NCBI GenBank assembly: GCA_039812885.1
Contig: JBDIBI010000015.1
Location: 1-62,877 of the forward strand
Length of the DNA: 62,877 nt
DNA from: Blastocatellia bacterium
Lineage (GTDB): Bacteria > Acidobacteriota > Blastocatellia > Chloracidobacteriales > JADJPF01
Reading direction: 5' to 3'
This document shows, piece after piece, positions 38,921 through 49,616 of the stretch. Numbering within the stretch: position 1 is the first letter of the stretch; each line of letters starts with the position of its first letter. The notes beneath the pieces were generated by a model that made no database searches, was not told where the DNA came from, and saw nothing but the letters and a program-made list of their open reading frames with translations. The position numbers were made by a program, and so were the translations under genes.

Positions 38921-39691
38921 ATGAGTATATTGAGTAGTTATAGTTTCTATAACAAAACTTGGGTTGAAATTTCAAAATACCCAAAAGAAAAAACTGTGTT
39001 ACTTCTTCCAATAGGCTCAACTGAGGCACATGGCCCTCATTTGCCGCTTTCTACTGATAGCATTATATCTCAAACAATGGCTTCTATTGCTGCTGATAAA
39101 CTTACAAAAACAGGGAAATTTGCTCTAGTCCTGCCTACTATTTCTTACAGTGTAACAGATTTTTCAAGTGATTTTCCTGGGTCAATTTCCCTAGGTTTTA
39201 ACACTGCTATTGCAGTAATAAAAGATATTTGTGTTTCACTATTTAAACAAGGGTTTCGCTATATCTGTGTAGCTAACAGCCACCTTGAGCCTGAACATAT
39301 AAAATCTATTGAAACTGCTTGTCAAAAAATAATGATGGAAACTACAATGAAAGTTTGTTTTCCAGATAAATGTAGAAAACGTTGGGCAACGAAACTTCCT
39401 AAAGAATTTCGTTCTGGAGCTTGTCATGCAGGTTCTTACGAAAGTTCACTAGTAATGGCAGCAACCCCTGAGCTAGTAAAAGAAGAAATAAGAAAGACTA
39501 TGCCTGCTAATAATATTAGTCTTTCTAAAGCAATTAGAGCAGGAATCACAACATTTAAAGAAGCTGGTGGAGATCAAGCATATTTTGGTATGCCAGCAGA
39601 AGCCTCTGTTGAAGAAGGCAAAAACTCTTATCAAATATTGGCAGATATGCTAGTTGAAGCTATCTTAGAAACATATCCAGAACTTAGTTAA
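38921..39691 (+). CDS. Creatininase-family amidohydrolase
   Basis: 256 aa. LLLPIGSTEAHGPHLPLSTD and ANSHLEPEH match creatininase-family metal-binding motifs. Confidence 0.7.
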   Translation: MSILSSYSFYNKTWVEISKYPKEKTVLLLPIGSTEAHGPHLPLSTDSIISQTMASIAADKLTKTGKFALVLPTISYSVTDFSSDFPGSISLGFNTAIAVIKDICVSLFKQGFRYICVANSHLEPEHIKSIETACQKIMMETTMKVCFPDKCRKRWATKLPKEFRSGACHAGSYESSLVMAATPELVKEEIRKTMPANNISLSKAIRAGITTFKEAGGDQAYFGMPAEASVEEGKNSYQILADMLVEAILETYPELS

Positions 39692-39704
39692 ATTAGGGTT
39701 GTGA

Positions 39705-40424
39705 TTGATGGTAGATAAAAAAAAATGCACTGATATTATTTCTTCACATTCAATTTTAATAGGTTTAACTCCTGTTATACCTATCCCTTTTGCTGATGAT
39801 ATTGCTAAGTCTTATTTTCAGCGTCGTATGGCTCGCAAAATTGCTAGTGAGTATGGACAAAACTTAAGTAATGAAGACCTAAAAGCTTTAACTAGTGAAA
39901 AAAAATCTGGATGTTTAACCGGATGCTTAACTTCAATTTTATTTTATCCGCTAAAAGTGATTTTTCGTAAAATATTCTTTTTTCTAGAAATTAAACGGTC
40001 AGTAGATACTATTAGTCAAGCCTACCATCAAGGTTACTTGCTAGAATGCGCATTTGAACAAGGTTTATGCCAGCCAATCGGCCAATACAATGCTCAACAA
40101 ATACATGATGCAATAGAAGCAACTTGTCAGGAAGTAGGTACAAATCCAATAGAAAAAGCTGTTCAAGCTACTGTCAAGCATTCTAAAAAAGCTTTAAAAG
40201 ATGTAGCTGAAATTTTATGGAAAAATTTATCTCGTGTAACTGGTCAACCAAATGAAGAACAGTTATTAGAAGCAGCTGAATCAGCTGAATCAGTTGAGCA
40301 ACAAACAGGTATCACACAAGAATTAAAACAAGCTTTAGTTGATGTTCCACCAGATTATTTTCAAGAGTTAAATGAAAAATTCGTTTTTCATCTTAAAACC
40401 CCTAAAAATACTCAAAAGAAATAA
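39705..40424 (+). CDS. Hypothetical protein
   Basis: 239-aa ORF in an operon-like position 13 nt after the creatininase gene. It has a hydrophobic N-terminal segment and an acidic C-terminus, with no recognisable catalytic motif. Confidence 0.4.
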   Translation: MMVDKKKCTDIISSHSILIGLTPVIPIPFADDIAKSYFQRRMARKIASEYGQNLSNEDLKALTSEKKSGCLTGCLTSILFYPLKVIFRKIFFFLEIKRSVDTISQAYHQGYLLECAFEQGLCQPIGQYNAQQIHDAIEATCQEVGTNPIEKAVQATVKHSKKALKDVAEILWKNLSRVTGQPNEEQLLEAAESAESVEQQTGITQELKQALVDVPPDYFQELNEKFVFHLKTPKNTQKK

Positions 40425-40449
40425 ATTAGATAAACAATTAAACTTTTAT

Positions 40450-41043
40450 CTATCGCTTTCTAGCATAAGTTCCCATTAAGCTACATTCAGCTAGAATATG
40501 GCCTTTCATTGCTGCTAATAGCTTTTCTTTTGTTAGGCCTGAAGCTAAATTTAGCTCAGTATCTAATGCATATAGCTTGAAGTAATATCTATGTGGATTT
40601 CCTTTTGGAGGACAAGGCCCTCCATAACCTATTTTCTTAAAATCATTAATTCCCTGTTTAGCGTTATCTAAAACTTGTTCAGTTGTTGCAACAGCTTGAG
40701 GAAGTTCTTTTGTATTTGCTGGTAAATTATACAAAACCCAATGTACCCAAACACCTACAGGAGCATCAGGATCATCACAAATTAAGGCAAAACTCTTTGT
40801 TGTATCTGGTGCATTACTCCAACTTAGTTGAGGAGATATATTTTCTCCATCGCAAGTATATTTTGTATCAATTGGGTTTCCTTCACTAAATGCGTTACTT
40901 GTTATCTTCATTGTGCTTACACCTTTTGATTGTTCTATTGTTGTTTCTGTTTGCATTGTTTGCTTGGAGCAACTTGCAAAAATGCTCAGTACTAGTAACA
41001 GCACTAGGTAAAATATTAAAACCTTCTTGTTATTTAACTTCAT
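40450..41043 (-). CDS. YbhB/YbcL-family phosphatidylethanolamine-binding protein (PEBP, Raf-kinase-inhibitor-like), secreted
   Basis: Signal peptide plus lipobox-like FASCS. TCDGENISPQLSW...DDPDAPVGVWVHWVLYNLP is the PEBP signature. Confidence 0.75.
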   Translation of the reverse strand: MKLNNKKVLIFYLVLLLVLSIFASCSKQTMQTETTIEQSKGVSTMKITSNAFSEGNPIDTKYTCDGENISPQLSWSNAPDTTKSFALICDDPDAPVGVWVHWVLYNLPANTKELPQAVATTEQVLDNAKQGINDFKKIGYGGPCPPKGNPHRYYFKLYALDTELNLASGLTKEKLLAAMKGHILAECSLMGTYARKR

Positions 41044-41076
41044 ATAGATTTATATTACTTAAATATAACTTAGTAA

Positions 41077-42309
41077 TCAAAAAAACTCCTGTAAAAATGG
41101 CTTAGGTAATTTTAGAGCTTCACTTAGCCATTCCACCACTGATGGCTGATTAACAGACACTAAACCTAAAAAATCAGCCTTTTTTAAGCTTATTGCTCCT
41201 GAATAAATCTGAGAAAAAACACCTATAGATAATTTAATACAGGCATTTTTTATTTTAACTCTACTCACTTCTATTTTGCCATTTAGAAAAGTAAGCTGAA
41301 AAGTGCCATTATTTTCTGGAATTTGTTCATCTTCTATCTCTAAAGTAACGGTTCCTGTTACATTATTATAGTTAGCACGTGACTTAAGTGTTTCTTCTAT
41401 ATGCAAAACTCTTAACATATAACTAAGCCCATAATTTCCTGTTTTAGAAACTAGACCTCCTAACATAGGCTTTTCTACATTTCTTGGATCTTTTAATAGG
41501 TAATGAAAGGCTTCTTCAACTTGTGCCCAGTAACGAATAACAGCTACTTGATCAGATATGGTAGCTAAAAAACCTAACAACCCTTGATAGCTCTCTTTAT
41601 CTTCATAAATTAGTTCACTTACAATAACTTCTTGAGAAAGCATCTCTTGACCTGATTTAAAGCTAAAATTCAAATAACCAGTAATTTTCCCATCTCTTTC
41701 ATACACCATCAAAATAGCTTCACGATCTTGAATACTTTTTAGTTTACCTTGCCAAACTGTTATCGGACGTTCAGCTAAACAATTATGTTTTTCTACAAAT
41801 CTTTGATAACAATTCATAAGCAGTTCTAAGTCATTAGTATTAAATCTACGGACATTTTTATGGTTTTCATAAGCAATAAGGTTTTTTGGACTAAATCGGT
41901 ATTCTATTAGCTCACCTATTGCACCCCAGCCTAACTTTTTATAGAAATCATAGCGAAATGGATAAAGAATAGAGATTAAGTAACCTTGCTCACGACCCCG
42001 TTTTATAGCTTCAATACAAAGTTTAGAAGCATAACCCTGGCGACGCGCGTCTAAAGCATTTGCAACTCCAGCAATGCCAAGCATTGGTAAGGTTGTACCT
42101 CCTAACCAAATTGTATAAGGAATAGCACTTAAGGAAACAACCATTCTACCATCAACTTCACCTACTAGAACGTCTCTTTCTAGCTTACGTCTAGGGTGTT
42201 CTTTATAAAGTTTTAATCGTTCTTCATAACCATAGCCAGAAGGAAAAGATTCACATCCCATTTGAGTTAAAGTTGCTAAATCAAGCTCCGTAGCTGTCCG
42301 AATCTGCAT
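41077..42309 (-). CDS. GNAT-family acetyltransferase of Eis-like architecture (GNAT plus SCP2-like C-terminal domain)
   Basis: 410 aa. The acetyl-CoA-binding region RRQGYASKLC lies in the GNAT fold. The length and tandem-domain layout resemble Eis-family proteins. Confidence 0.55.
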   Translation of the reverse strand: MQIRTATELDLATLTQMGCESFPSGYGYEERLKLYKEHPRRKLERDVLVGEVDGRMVVSLSAIPYTIWLGGTTLPMLGIAGVANALDARRQGYASKLCIEAIKRGREQGYLISILYPFRYDFYKKLGWGAIGELIEYRFSPKNLIAYENHKNVRRFNTNDLELLMNCYQRFVEKHNCLAERPITVWQGKLKSIQDREAILMVYERDGKITGYLNFSFKSGQEMLSQEVIVSELIYEDKESYQGLLGFLATISDQVAVIRYWAQVEEAFHYLLKDPRNVEKPMLGGLVSKTGNYGLSYMLRVLHIEETLKSRANYNNVTGTVTLEIEDEQIPENNGTFQLTFLNGKIEVSRVKIKNACIKLSIGVFSQIYSGAISLKKADFLGLVSVNQPSVVEWLSEALKLPKPFLQEFF

Positions 42310-42392
42310 ATGTACCTTCTTTATTTACAAGTAATTACATTGTTTGTTTTACATTAGAAGCAAATAATAAGAAAACAAAATATAGATGCTAT

Positions 42393-43988
42393 TTATAAAT
42401 TCCTCAATAGCTCTATTATTTCTTCGTTCTCGTTTTTTTCTGCAATATCTAAAGCCGTTAAACCTTCACTATTTTTAGCTTTTGTATCTACACCTTTAGC
42501 AAGTAATGTTTTTACAGCAACTACATTTTGGCTTGAGACTGCATTTAATAACGTAGTATTACCACTAGCAAGTTTAGCATTTACATCAGCACCAGCAGCA
42601 ATCAAATCATTGAAAATAAGAGTACTCTTGTTTATAGCTTTCTCAAGTATTTGCTCCAAAGTTAATTTTTCTGTAATTTCCTCACTTGCAAGACCCGTTA
42701 ACTTAGCGGCAAGGGCATAATCAATATCAAAAGCAGTAGCTATAGCAACAGGAGCAATAAGCACAGTTAATAGCGCTGTGCTACCATCATTACCTGCTAT
42801 ATTTACATCAGCACCATTTGCTATTAGTTCTTTGACTATATCAGAAGACAAATTTGCAGTAGCACAAATTAATGCAGTGTATCCATCATTGTTTTGTGAA
42901 TTTATATCAACACCTTTAGATATTATTTGCTTAATTACCTCAAGGTTTTGATTATTAGTAACACAAGCAAAATGTAATATATTGCTACCATTTGCATCTT
43001 TAATGTTTACATCAGTACCGTTTTCAATTAAATCCCTAACAATGTGAGTATCCCAAGTAGTATCAAAAACAATCATTAAAGGAGTTCTACCTTGTTCATC
43101 TTGAACATTTACATTAGCACCATTTCTTATTAGCTCTTTAGCTATATCAAAATGATTCAGCTCAATTGCAACTATTAACAAAGGGCGATCTGCAAAATCT
43201 TTACCATTTACATCAGCACCTAAGCTAATTGTCCATTTCAAAAGCTCAAGATTGTTTTCATGAACAGCCTTTATTAAATCACCTTCTAATTCCAAAGCTT
43301 CCACTGGATCAACTGTTCCATTAACTTTTCTATATATCTCCAAGACTTGTTCACAAAAGGATTTTATTTCATCGTACTTGTTAGCAGCCTTATATATGCC
43401 TATAACATTTTTTAGAAGAAAACAAAAATCCAAGCTTTCTTGGTTAAATAAAAGCTTAGCTATTTCCATTGCTTCATCAATAAGTGGCTTTGCTGTTTCA
43501 AAACCACTTACTTCCCTATAGTTTTCTGCCATAATTAAAAGCCGCCAAACACGTCCCTCATCCTTTTCACAATTTTGTTTTTCAATTGCTAAAATCTCAT
43601 CATAAAGAGGCTTTGCCTTTTCATAAAGGCTAATATTTTTATAAGTATCAGCTATTGGAGTTAGAAATTGAGCTAATTCCAAATCTTTCTTAGTTTTTCT
43701 TCCAACTTCTAAAACTTCATCTATTAGATACTCTACCCTATCAGACTTACCTATCTGATTATAAACAGATGCAACTTGACTTAAATGCTGAAGGTATTCA
43801 GAGCTATCTTTAACATAAATACTTTTGGCAAGTTCTACAGACTCATCAAGAGAAGTTTCAGCTTTATCATGCTTATCTTCATACATAAATGCTGTTGCTA
43901 GATTATTTAACTCTGAGATAAGTTCTCCTACTTTTCCTGAATTACGAAGTTTGTTAATTTTTTTGGTAAGTTTTTGTATTTCTCCCAT
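42393..43988 (-). CDS. TPR-like N-terminal domain plus ankyrin-repeat protein
   Basis: At least six ankyrin units (GADVNGKDFADRPLLIVAIELNHFDIAKELIRNGANVNVQDEQGRTPLMIV, and others). The N-terminal half has TPR-like helical repeats. Confidence 0.7.
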   Translation of the reverse strand: MGEIQKLTKKINKLRNSGKVGELISELNNLATAFMYEDKHDKAETSLDESVELAKSIYVKDSSEYLQHLSQVASVYNQIGKSDRVEYLIDEVLEVGRKTKKDLELAQFLTPIADTYKNISLYEKAKPLYDEILAIEKQNCEKDEGRVWRLLIMAENYREVSGFETAKPLIDEAMEIAKLLFNQESLDFCFLLKNVIGIYKAANKYDEIKSFCEQVLEIYRKVNGTVDPVEALELEGDLIKAVHENNLELLKWTISLGADVNGKDFADRPLLIVAIELNHFDIAKELIRNGANVNVQDEQGRTPLMIVFDTTWDTHIVRDLIENGTDVNIKDANGSNILHFACVTNNQNLEVIKQIISKGVDINSQNNDGYTALICATANLSSDIVKELIANGADVNIAGNDGSTALLTVLIAPVAIATAFDIDYALAAKLTGLASEEITEKLTLEQILEKAINKSTLIFNDLIAAGADVNAKLASGNTTLLNAVSSQNVVAVKTLLAKGVDTKAKNSEGLTALDIAEKNENEEIIELLRNL

Positions 43989-44085
43989 AATACACCATCA
44001 AATCCTTTATTAATAAAGTGTTAGCCTTAAAATAATTTTTTAGTATTCAAACAAAAATCCTACTTATGTATAAGCAAGAAAAGAA

Positions 44086-44109
44086 AAAGCTAGCAAATGC
44101 TAGCCTTTG
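44086..44109 (-). terminator. Intrinsic terminator hairpin downstream of the HD-GYP gene
   Basis: On the minus strand GGCTAGC-attt-GCTAGC(T) is followed by TTTTTCTTTTCTT. It lies just past the gene end at 44145. Confidence 0.45.
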
Positions 44110-44144
44110 TGTTTAACTATTTTCAATTACAAGTTGCTTAACTA

Positions 44145-45818
44145 TTATCCATTAGCCACAGGCATCTCATCATGATCATGTTGAGGGATGAATGTTTCAT
44201 CTTCAACTTTCATTTGTGGGCCAGTTTTTTGATTTTGTCGTTCTTTGAGTTTTTCCATTTCGGCTCTCTTCTTCTGATTAGGAATATACTCTTTGTAGAC
44301 ATATTGTTTAAAAGCCGTCACTACCTCAACATCAAATTTTGCTCCTGCTTGATCATCAATTAACTTTATTACATCTTCTATTGGCATTGGCTCTCGGTAA
44401 TGGCGTTTATGAGTAAGGGCATCAAAGAAATCAGCAACAGCAATAATTTTTCCTCCAAGAGGAATTTTTTCTGAAGTCAGTTTAAATGGATAACCTGTTC
44501 CGTCCATGTGTTCATGGTGGCTAGAAGCAATTAGAGGAATATCTTCAAGTTCTTTTGTAAAGTGTATTTTAGAAAGAATCTTATGAGTATCAAAAGCATG
44601 TTCTCTCATATGATTCATTTCTTCAGGAGTTAACTTACCTGGTTTACAAAGTATTGCTTCACGTGTCCCTATTTTTCCATAATCGTGCAATAAACCTGCA
44701 TAGTAAATTAGCTTAATTTGATCAGGAGGCAATCCCATATATTTTGCACAAGTACGAGAATATTTAGCTACACGGGCAGAATGACCTGCGGTCATAACAT
44801 CTCTAGCATCAATAGATGCAGCTAAAGTGGTAATAAAACTTTCTAAAGTTATTTTCTGTTCATCAATTAAATGAATATTTTCTAAAGCCATTCCAGCTTG
44901 ACGAACTACAGCCATTAGAAACTCTAGTTCTTCTTCTTCAAAGTTCTTTTGTGTATTTAAGTTATCAACATAACAAACACCCCAAACATTGTTGGCAGAA
45001 CTTATTGGAGCACACATAACTGAACGAATAGCTTGAAATATTACACTCTTTTGGGATGCAAACCGGCTATCACTATGCGCATCTACACTTAATGTAGCCA
45101 CATTTTCCTTAAAAACACGATTAACAATTGTAGAGCTAGGTTGAACTGGAGCTTTATTATCAGCATTGCGGTGTTTAGAAGCTTTAATGCTTAGCCCTTC
45201 ACTATCTGCAAGCATTATAACTCCACGCTCAGCCGGTAAAACTTGAAAAACTAGATCTAAAAGCTTTGTTACTAACTCATCTCGACTTCTAATTGAAAGT
45301 ACTGCACTAGTAATTTCATATAATGCTTTTAATCTATTTACAGTAGCAAGAGTATTTAACTTTTGTTGTTGAATTAATGAAGTATTAAGATAGCGGGTTT
45401 GCCTGTGATCTATTACAGACATAACATGAGGAGCATCTTCTTCTTGGGTAATAGGGCTTTGTTCTACAACAGTTCTAGCAATTGAAATAGCAGGTTGTTT
45501 TGCCCATTCAAAGACAAGTTCTATTCCATTGCGTCTACCTAAGTTTACCTTATCTTCTGACCTAAGCGCTTTTTCTGCAACTTTATTACCATTAACAAAA
45601 CTGCCTGAGGTGCTTCCCTTATCTCGAAAAGTGTAGTTTTCTCCATCAAAAATAATTTCTGCATGATGGCGTGAGACATAAGGATCATCAAGTTGTAGAT
45701 CATTATCACCCAACCTACCAATAGTAAAAACCGACTTATACAAGCTAAGAGTTCTTGCTACACCACTTGGATCAGTAAATTTTAATGTTGCCCATTTTTT
45801 ATCTTGTTTCTCAGCCAT
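44145..45818 (-). CDS. FHA-GAF-HD-GYP domain protein (probable c-di-GMP phosphodiesterase with phosphothreonine-binding FHA input)
   Basis: FHA: FTIGRLGDNDLQLDDPYVSRHHAEI...GSTSGSFVNG. Central GAF-like region. HD-GYP: LLHDYGKIG and HHEHMDGTGYP. Confidence 0.75.
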   Translation of the reverse strand: MAEKQDKKWATLKFTDPSGVARTLSLYKSVFTIGRLGDNDLQLDDPYVSRHHAEIIFDGENYTFRDKGSTSGSFVNGNKVAEKALRSEDKVNLGRRNGIELVFEWAKQPAISIARTVVEQSPITQEEDAPHVMSVIDHRQTRYLNTSLIQQQKLNTLATVNRLKALYEITSAVLSIRSRDELVTKLLDLVFQVLPAERGVIMLADSEGLSIKASKHRNADNKAPVQPSSTIVNRVFKENVATLSVDAHSDSRFASQKSVIFQAIRSVMCAPISSANNVWGVCYVDNLNTQKNFEEEELEFLMAVVRQAGMALENIHLIDEQKITLESFITTLAASIDARDVMTAGHSARVAKYSRTCAKYMGLPPDQIKLIYYAGLLHDYGKIGTREAILCKPGKLTPEEMNHMREHAFDTHKILSKIHFTKELEDIPLIASSHHEHMDGTGYPFKLTSEKIPLGGKIIAVADFFDALTHKRHYREPMPIEDVIKLIDDQAGAKFDVEVVTAFKQYVYKEYIPNQKKRAEMEKLKERQNQKTGPQMKVEDETFIPQHDHDEMPVANG

Positions 45819-46023
45819 AAACTCCTCAATACAAGTAGACCCAAATAATACTCACCTTAAAGCTTTTGTTTAATTAGAGTTATAAAATATTAAATATACA
45901 TATATTATGAAGGATAGAGCATTATAACACACTATAACATCTACTGCTTTGAAAAAAACTGATAGCATTCCGGTAACAAATTAACATAGTATTTATATTT
46001 AGATCATTTGGAATAAAGCTAAT

Positions 46024-47427
46024 ATGGAAAACACTTTTCTCTATAAAAAAGTTTGGCATTTTGCTAATACACATCAAATGTTTGATTCAAATTCTTATGT
46101 TTTGATTGCACTTTCTGGAGGGCCAGATTCAGTAGCTTTAGTTTCATTACTTATGGAAATTCAAAAAAATATATTTCCAACTCTAAAACTCTGTTTAGCT
46201 CATCTTAATCATCTATTAAGAGATGAAGAATCTCAAAGAGATGAAATTTTTGTTTGTAGTTTTGCAGAAAAATTAGGACTGCCTATAGTGATTAAACAAA
46301 TTCCCGTAAAAGAGTTTTCCATAGGAGAAAATTTAGAAGCAACTGCTAGAAAATTACGCTATGCATTTTTACTAGAAACAGCTAAAGAAATTGGAGCAAC
46401 TTCTGTTGCTACAGCACACAACTTAAATGATCAAGCAGAGACTTTTTTGATGCGACTTATTAGAGGGGCTGGTATTAGGGGCTTAGGGGCAATGAAACCT
46501 GTGACCAATTTATCAATATCAACTGAATTATCTGCAAAAGTTATCCGTCCTTTGCTTAACACTAATCGCAAAGACATTGAAACCTATATAAAAGAAAAAG
46601 AACTTAATACTTGTATAGATAGCTCAAATTTTTCTACTAAGTTTACACGTAATAAAATTCGACTGGAAATTTTACCTAAGATATTAGAAATTAATCCTAA
46701 AGCCATAGAAAATATTGCTCGTGCTACAGTTTTGCTAACAGAATGGGAAGAGTCTTTAGCTGAAAATCTTTCTCCAATAGCATCAAACAAAGAAGGTGAG
46801 GTTAAAATCTCAGTTAGTGAACTATTAGCCCTTGCACCAATACTAAGACATCAAAAAATAAGAAACACTATTGAACAAATACAAGGAAAACTACAACGCT
46901 TAAGTTCTAAACACATTTTTTCAATTGATAGGTTATTAGCAGAAGGCAAAAGTGGCAAAAAAATTGTGCTACCAGGAAATTTAGAAGTGCTTAGGGAGTT
47001 TGACAAAATTGTTATTCAACCTAAATCTGATTTTAAAGTTACCAAAAAAGAAAACTTTATAACTCTCTCACTTGGTGAAACACTTGAAAACACAATATTT
47101 AATATTATATACAGGGAAGCTACCTTAGCAGAATTGTCTAGCTATGATAAAAATTCTTATATCCTTTTAGATCTTGATAAAGTTGGGGAAAAGTTAAAAG
47201 TTAGAAATAGATGGCCAGGAGACAGTTATCAACCGTTAGGGCATAAAAAGCAAGAAAAACTTAAGAAGCTAATGCTGGAAAAGCGAATTGCTTTTAGCCA
47301 AAGGGATATATGGCCGATAATAACCACATTAGAGAATGAAATAATTTGGGTGCCCAAATTACCAGTAGCAACAAATTTTGCTGCTAACTCAAAAACTAGG
47401 CGCTTTGCAATCATAATAGCAAAGTGA
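46024..47427 (+). CDS. tilS: tRNA(Ile)-lysidine synthetase TilS
   Basis: PP-loop SGGPDS at the N-terminus, TilS length and C-terminal domain. The adjacency with ftsH is widely conserved. Confidence 0.85.
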   Translation: MENTFLYKKVWHFANTHQMFDSNSYVLIALSGGPDSVALVSLLMEIQKNIFPTLKLCLAHLNHLLRDEESQRDEIFVCSFAEKLGLPIVIKQIPVKEFSIGENLEATARKLRYAFLLETAKEIGATSVATAHNLNDQAETFLMRLIRGAGIRGLGAMKPVTNLSISTELSAKVIRPLLNTNRKDIETYIKEKELNTCIDSSNFSTKFTRNKIRLEILPKILEINPKAIENIARATVLLTEWEESLAENLSPIASNKEGEVKISVSELLALAPILRHQKIRNTIEQIQGKLQRLSSKHIFSIDRLLAEGKSGKKIVLPGNLEVLREFDKIVIQPKSDFKVTKKENFITLSLGETLENTIFNIIYREATLAELSSYDKNSYILLDLDKVGEKLKVRNRWPGDSYQPLGHKKQEKLKKLMLEKRIAFSQRDIWPIITTLENEIIWVPKLPVATNFAANSKTRRFAIIIAK

Positions 47428-47582
47428 TAAACTTAGCTATTAGGTTTGTTTGAATTAATTTATAAGATATGTTAGTGAAGTGTTAAGTGAAAATTAATTA
47501 ATAATTCGTTATTTTTTAACAGCATCACTAATTTTTTATGTATGCTAAACTTAAACTTTAAGCTTTTTAGAGCAATAAAAAT

Positions 47583-49529
47583 GTGACTTTCGGAGGTAAG
47601 CAAGCATTGAACTCCACAGTAAAACAACTTCTCCTATGGGGATTTATTTTCGGCGGTGCCATTTTTCTTTGGGTTTGTTTTAAAGGTAACACAGGAGTAA
47701 GAACAGATAATCTTTCTTTTACTCAGTTATCTGAAAAAATAACAAAAGGTGAAATCAAAGAAGCAACTTTTGATGAAAATTCCTTAGAAGGCGAATATAA
47801 AAATAATGATAAAGCTAGATTTAAAATGGATCTTCATAACCAAGAAGTCCAAAGAGATCTAGTTAAACAAATGCAAGAAAAAGGTGTGGATGTAAAATTT
47901 AAATCATCCGCTAGTAGTGCTTGGGTAGGAACACTACTACTTTATTCTCCACTACTACTAATTGCTTGTCTATGGATTTTTATGATGAGACAAATGCAAT
48001 CTGGCGGAAACAAAGCGCTTTCCTTTGGTAAAAGCCGCGCCAAGTTGCTTTCTAATCAAAACAAACGTGTAACATTTAAAGATGTAGCTGGCGTAGAAGA
48101 AGCCAAAGAAGAGCTACAAGAAATTATTGAATTTTTGAAAGAACCTCAAAAGTTTCAAAAACTTGGTGGCCGTATACCCAAAGGCGTTTTAATGATGGGA
48201 CCTCCAGGAACAGGTAAAACTTTGCTTGCTCGTGCTATTGCTGGGGAAGCTAATGTGCCCTTCTTTTCTATTTCAGGTTCAGATTTTGTAGAAATGTTTG
48301 TTGGTGTAGGTGCTTCTAGAGTTCGTGACCTTTTTGAACAAGGTAAAAGAAATGCTCCTTGTATAATTTTCATTGATGAAATTGATGCTGTTGGTCGTCA
48401 TCGTGGAGCAGGCTTAGGTGGCGGACATGATGAAAGAGAACAAACTCTTAATCAACTCTTAGTTGAAATGGATGGTTTTGAATCTAATGATGGAGTGATC
48501 TTAATTGCTTCTACTAACCGTCCTGATGTGCTAGATCCTGCATTACTACGCCCAGGCCGATTTGATCGCCGAGTTGTAGTTAATAGACCTGATGTCAAAG
48601 GCCGTGATGGTATTTTAGCTGTTCACACTAGAAAAATTCCTCTAGGTGATGATGTTGATATTTCAGTAATTGCCCGCGGAACTCCAGGATTTACAGGTGC
48701 AGACCTTGCTAATCTAGTCAATGAAGCCGCTCTTAATGCTGCTCGTTATAATCGAAAAGTAGTTGCAATGTCAGACTTTGAAGCTGCTAAAGATAAGGTT
48801 TTAATGGGTAGTGAACGCCGTTCAATTGTCATTAGCAATGAAGAAAAACGAAATACTGCTTACCATGAAGCTGGTCACGCTTTAGTAGGAATTAAAGTAC
48901 CTAATGCTGATCCAGTACATAAAGTTACTATTATTCCTCGTGGTATGGCATTAGGCTTAACTCAACAGCTTCCAGAAGCAGACCGCTATACCCATACTAG
49001 AGAATATATCCAAGGACAAATTGCTATCTTAATGGGTGGTCGTCTTGCTGAAGAAATATTCCTTAATCACAATACCACAGGTGCTTCCAATGACATTGAA
49101 AGAGCCACAGAATTAGCACGTAAAATGGTTTGTGAATTTGGTATGTCAGAACTCGGGCCACTTACCTTTGGTAAGAAAGAAGAACAAATTTTCTTAGGCA
49201 GAGATATTTCTAGACACCAAGACTATAGTGAAGAAACAGCAATAAAAATTGATCAAGAAGTTAAACGTATTATTCTTGAACAATACACTCGTGCTAAACA
49301 AATTATTGTAGAAAATAAAGAAGCATTAGTTCGTTTAGCAGAAGCGCTTCTAGAACATGAATCTCTAGATGCTATTCAAATCCGTAGAGTTATCGCAGGA
49401 TTACCTTTAGATGATTCTACTAGTAGCTCAAGTTCTGCTAAAGATGATAAGCCTCAAGGAGAACAAAAACCTTCTGTGTTAAAACCAATAATTTCTCCTA
49501 TTGCTGGTGATAATCCTGCTACGGCTTAA
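47583..49529 (+). CDS. ftsH: ATP-dependent zinc metalloprotease FtsH
   Basis: Walker A GPPGTGKT, Walker [12 protein letters not shown], and the zinc motif HEAGHAL. The ORF-track start at 47583 is GTG. A TTG at 47607 preceded by GGAGG may be the true start. Confidence 0.9.
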   Translation: MTFGGKQALNSTVKQLLLWGFIFGGAIFLWVCFKGNTGVRTDNLSFTQLSEKITKGEIKEATFDENSLEGEYKNNDKARFKMDLHNQEVQRDLVKQMQEKGVDVKFKSSASSAWVGTLLLYSPLLLIACLWIFMMRQMQSGGNKALSFGKSRAKLLSNQNKRVTFKDVAGVEEAKEELQEIIEFLKEPQKFQKLGGRIPKGVLMMGPPGTGKTLLARAIAGEANVPFFSISGSDFVEMFVGVGASRVRDLFEQGKRNAPCIIFIDEIDAVGRHRGAGLGGGHDEREQTLNQLLVEMDGFESNDGVILIASTNRPDVLDPALLRPGRFDRRVVVNRPDVKGRDGILAVHTRKIPLGDDVDISVIARGTPGFTGADLANLVNEAALNAARYNRKVVAMSDFEAAKDKVLMGSERRSIVISNEEKRNTAYHEAGHALVGIKVPNADPVHKVTIIPRGMALGLTQQLPEADRYTHTREYIQGQIAILMGGRLAEEIFLNHNTTGASNDIERATELARKMVCEFGMSELGPLTFGKKEEQIFLGRDISRHQDYSEETAIKIDQEVKRIILEQYTRAKQIIVENKEALVRLAEALLEHESLDAIQIRRVIAGLPLDDSTSSSSSAKDDKPQGEQKPSVLKPIISPIAGDNPATA

Positions 49530-49557
49530 GAAATTAGAATCATTATGTTAAAATCAC

Positions 49558-49590
49558 AGGCGACTCTTTTGGGTCGCCTTTTTATTTATC
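49558..49590 (+). terminator. Rho-independent terminator of ftsH
   Basis: AGGCGAC(49558-49564)-tcttttgg-GTCGCCT(49573-49579) is followed by TTTTTATTTAT. Confidence 0.7.
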
Positions 49591-49616
49591 AACTCTAAAT
49601 TTTTCTAGGTGAAAAA

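Noticed and set aside
33355-48373. Other short nested ORFs (33355-33555, 33828-34091, 36007-36279, 37698-37913, 39239-39427, 40683-41105, 43825-44013, 44172-44363, 46584-46790, 47229-47414, 48155-48373, 54730-54939)
   Set aside because: They overlap stronger genes on the opposite strand or lie in AT-rich intergenic DNA, with no RBS, no motif and implausible composition.
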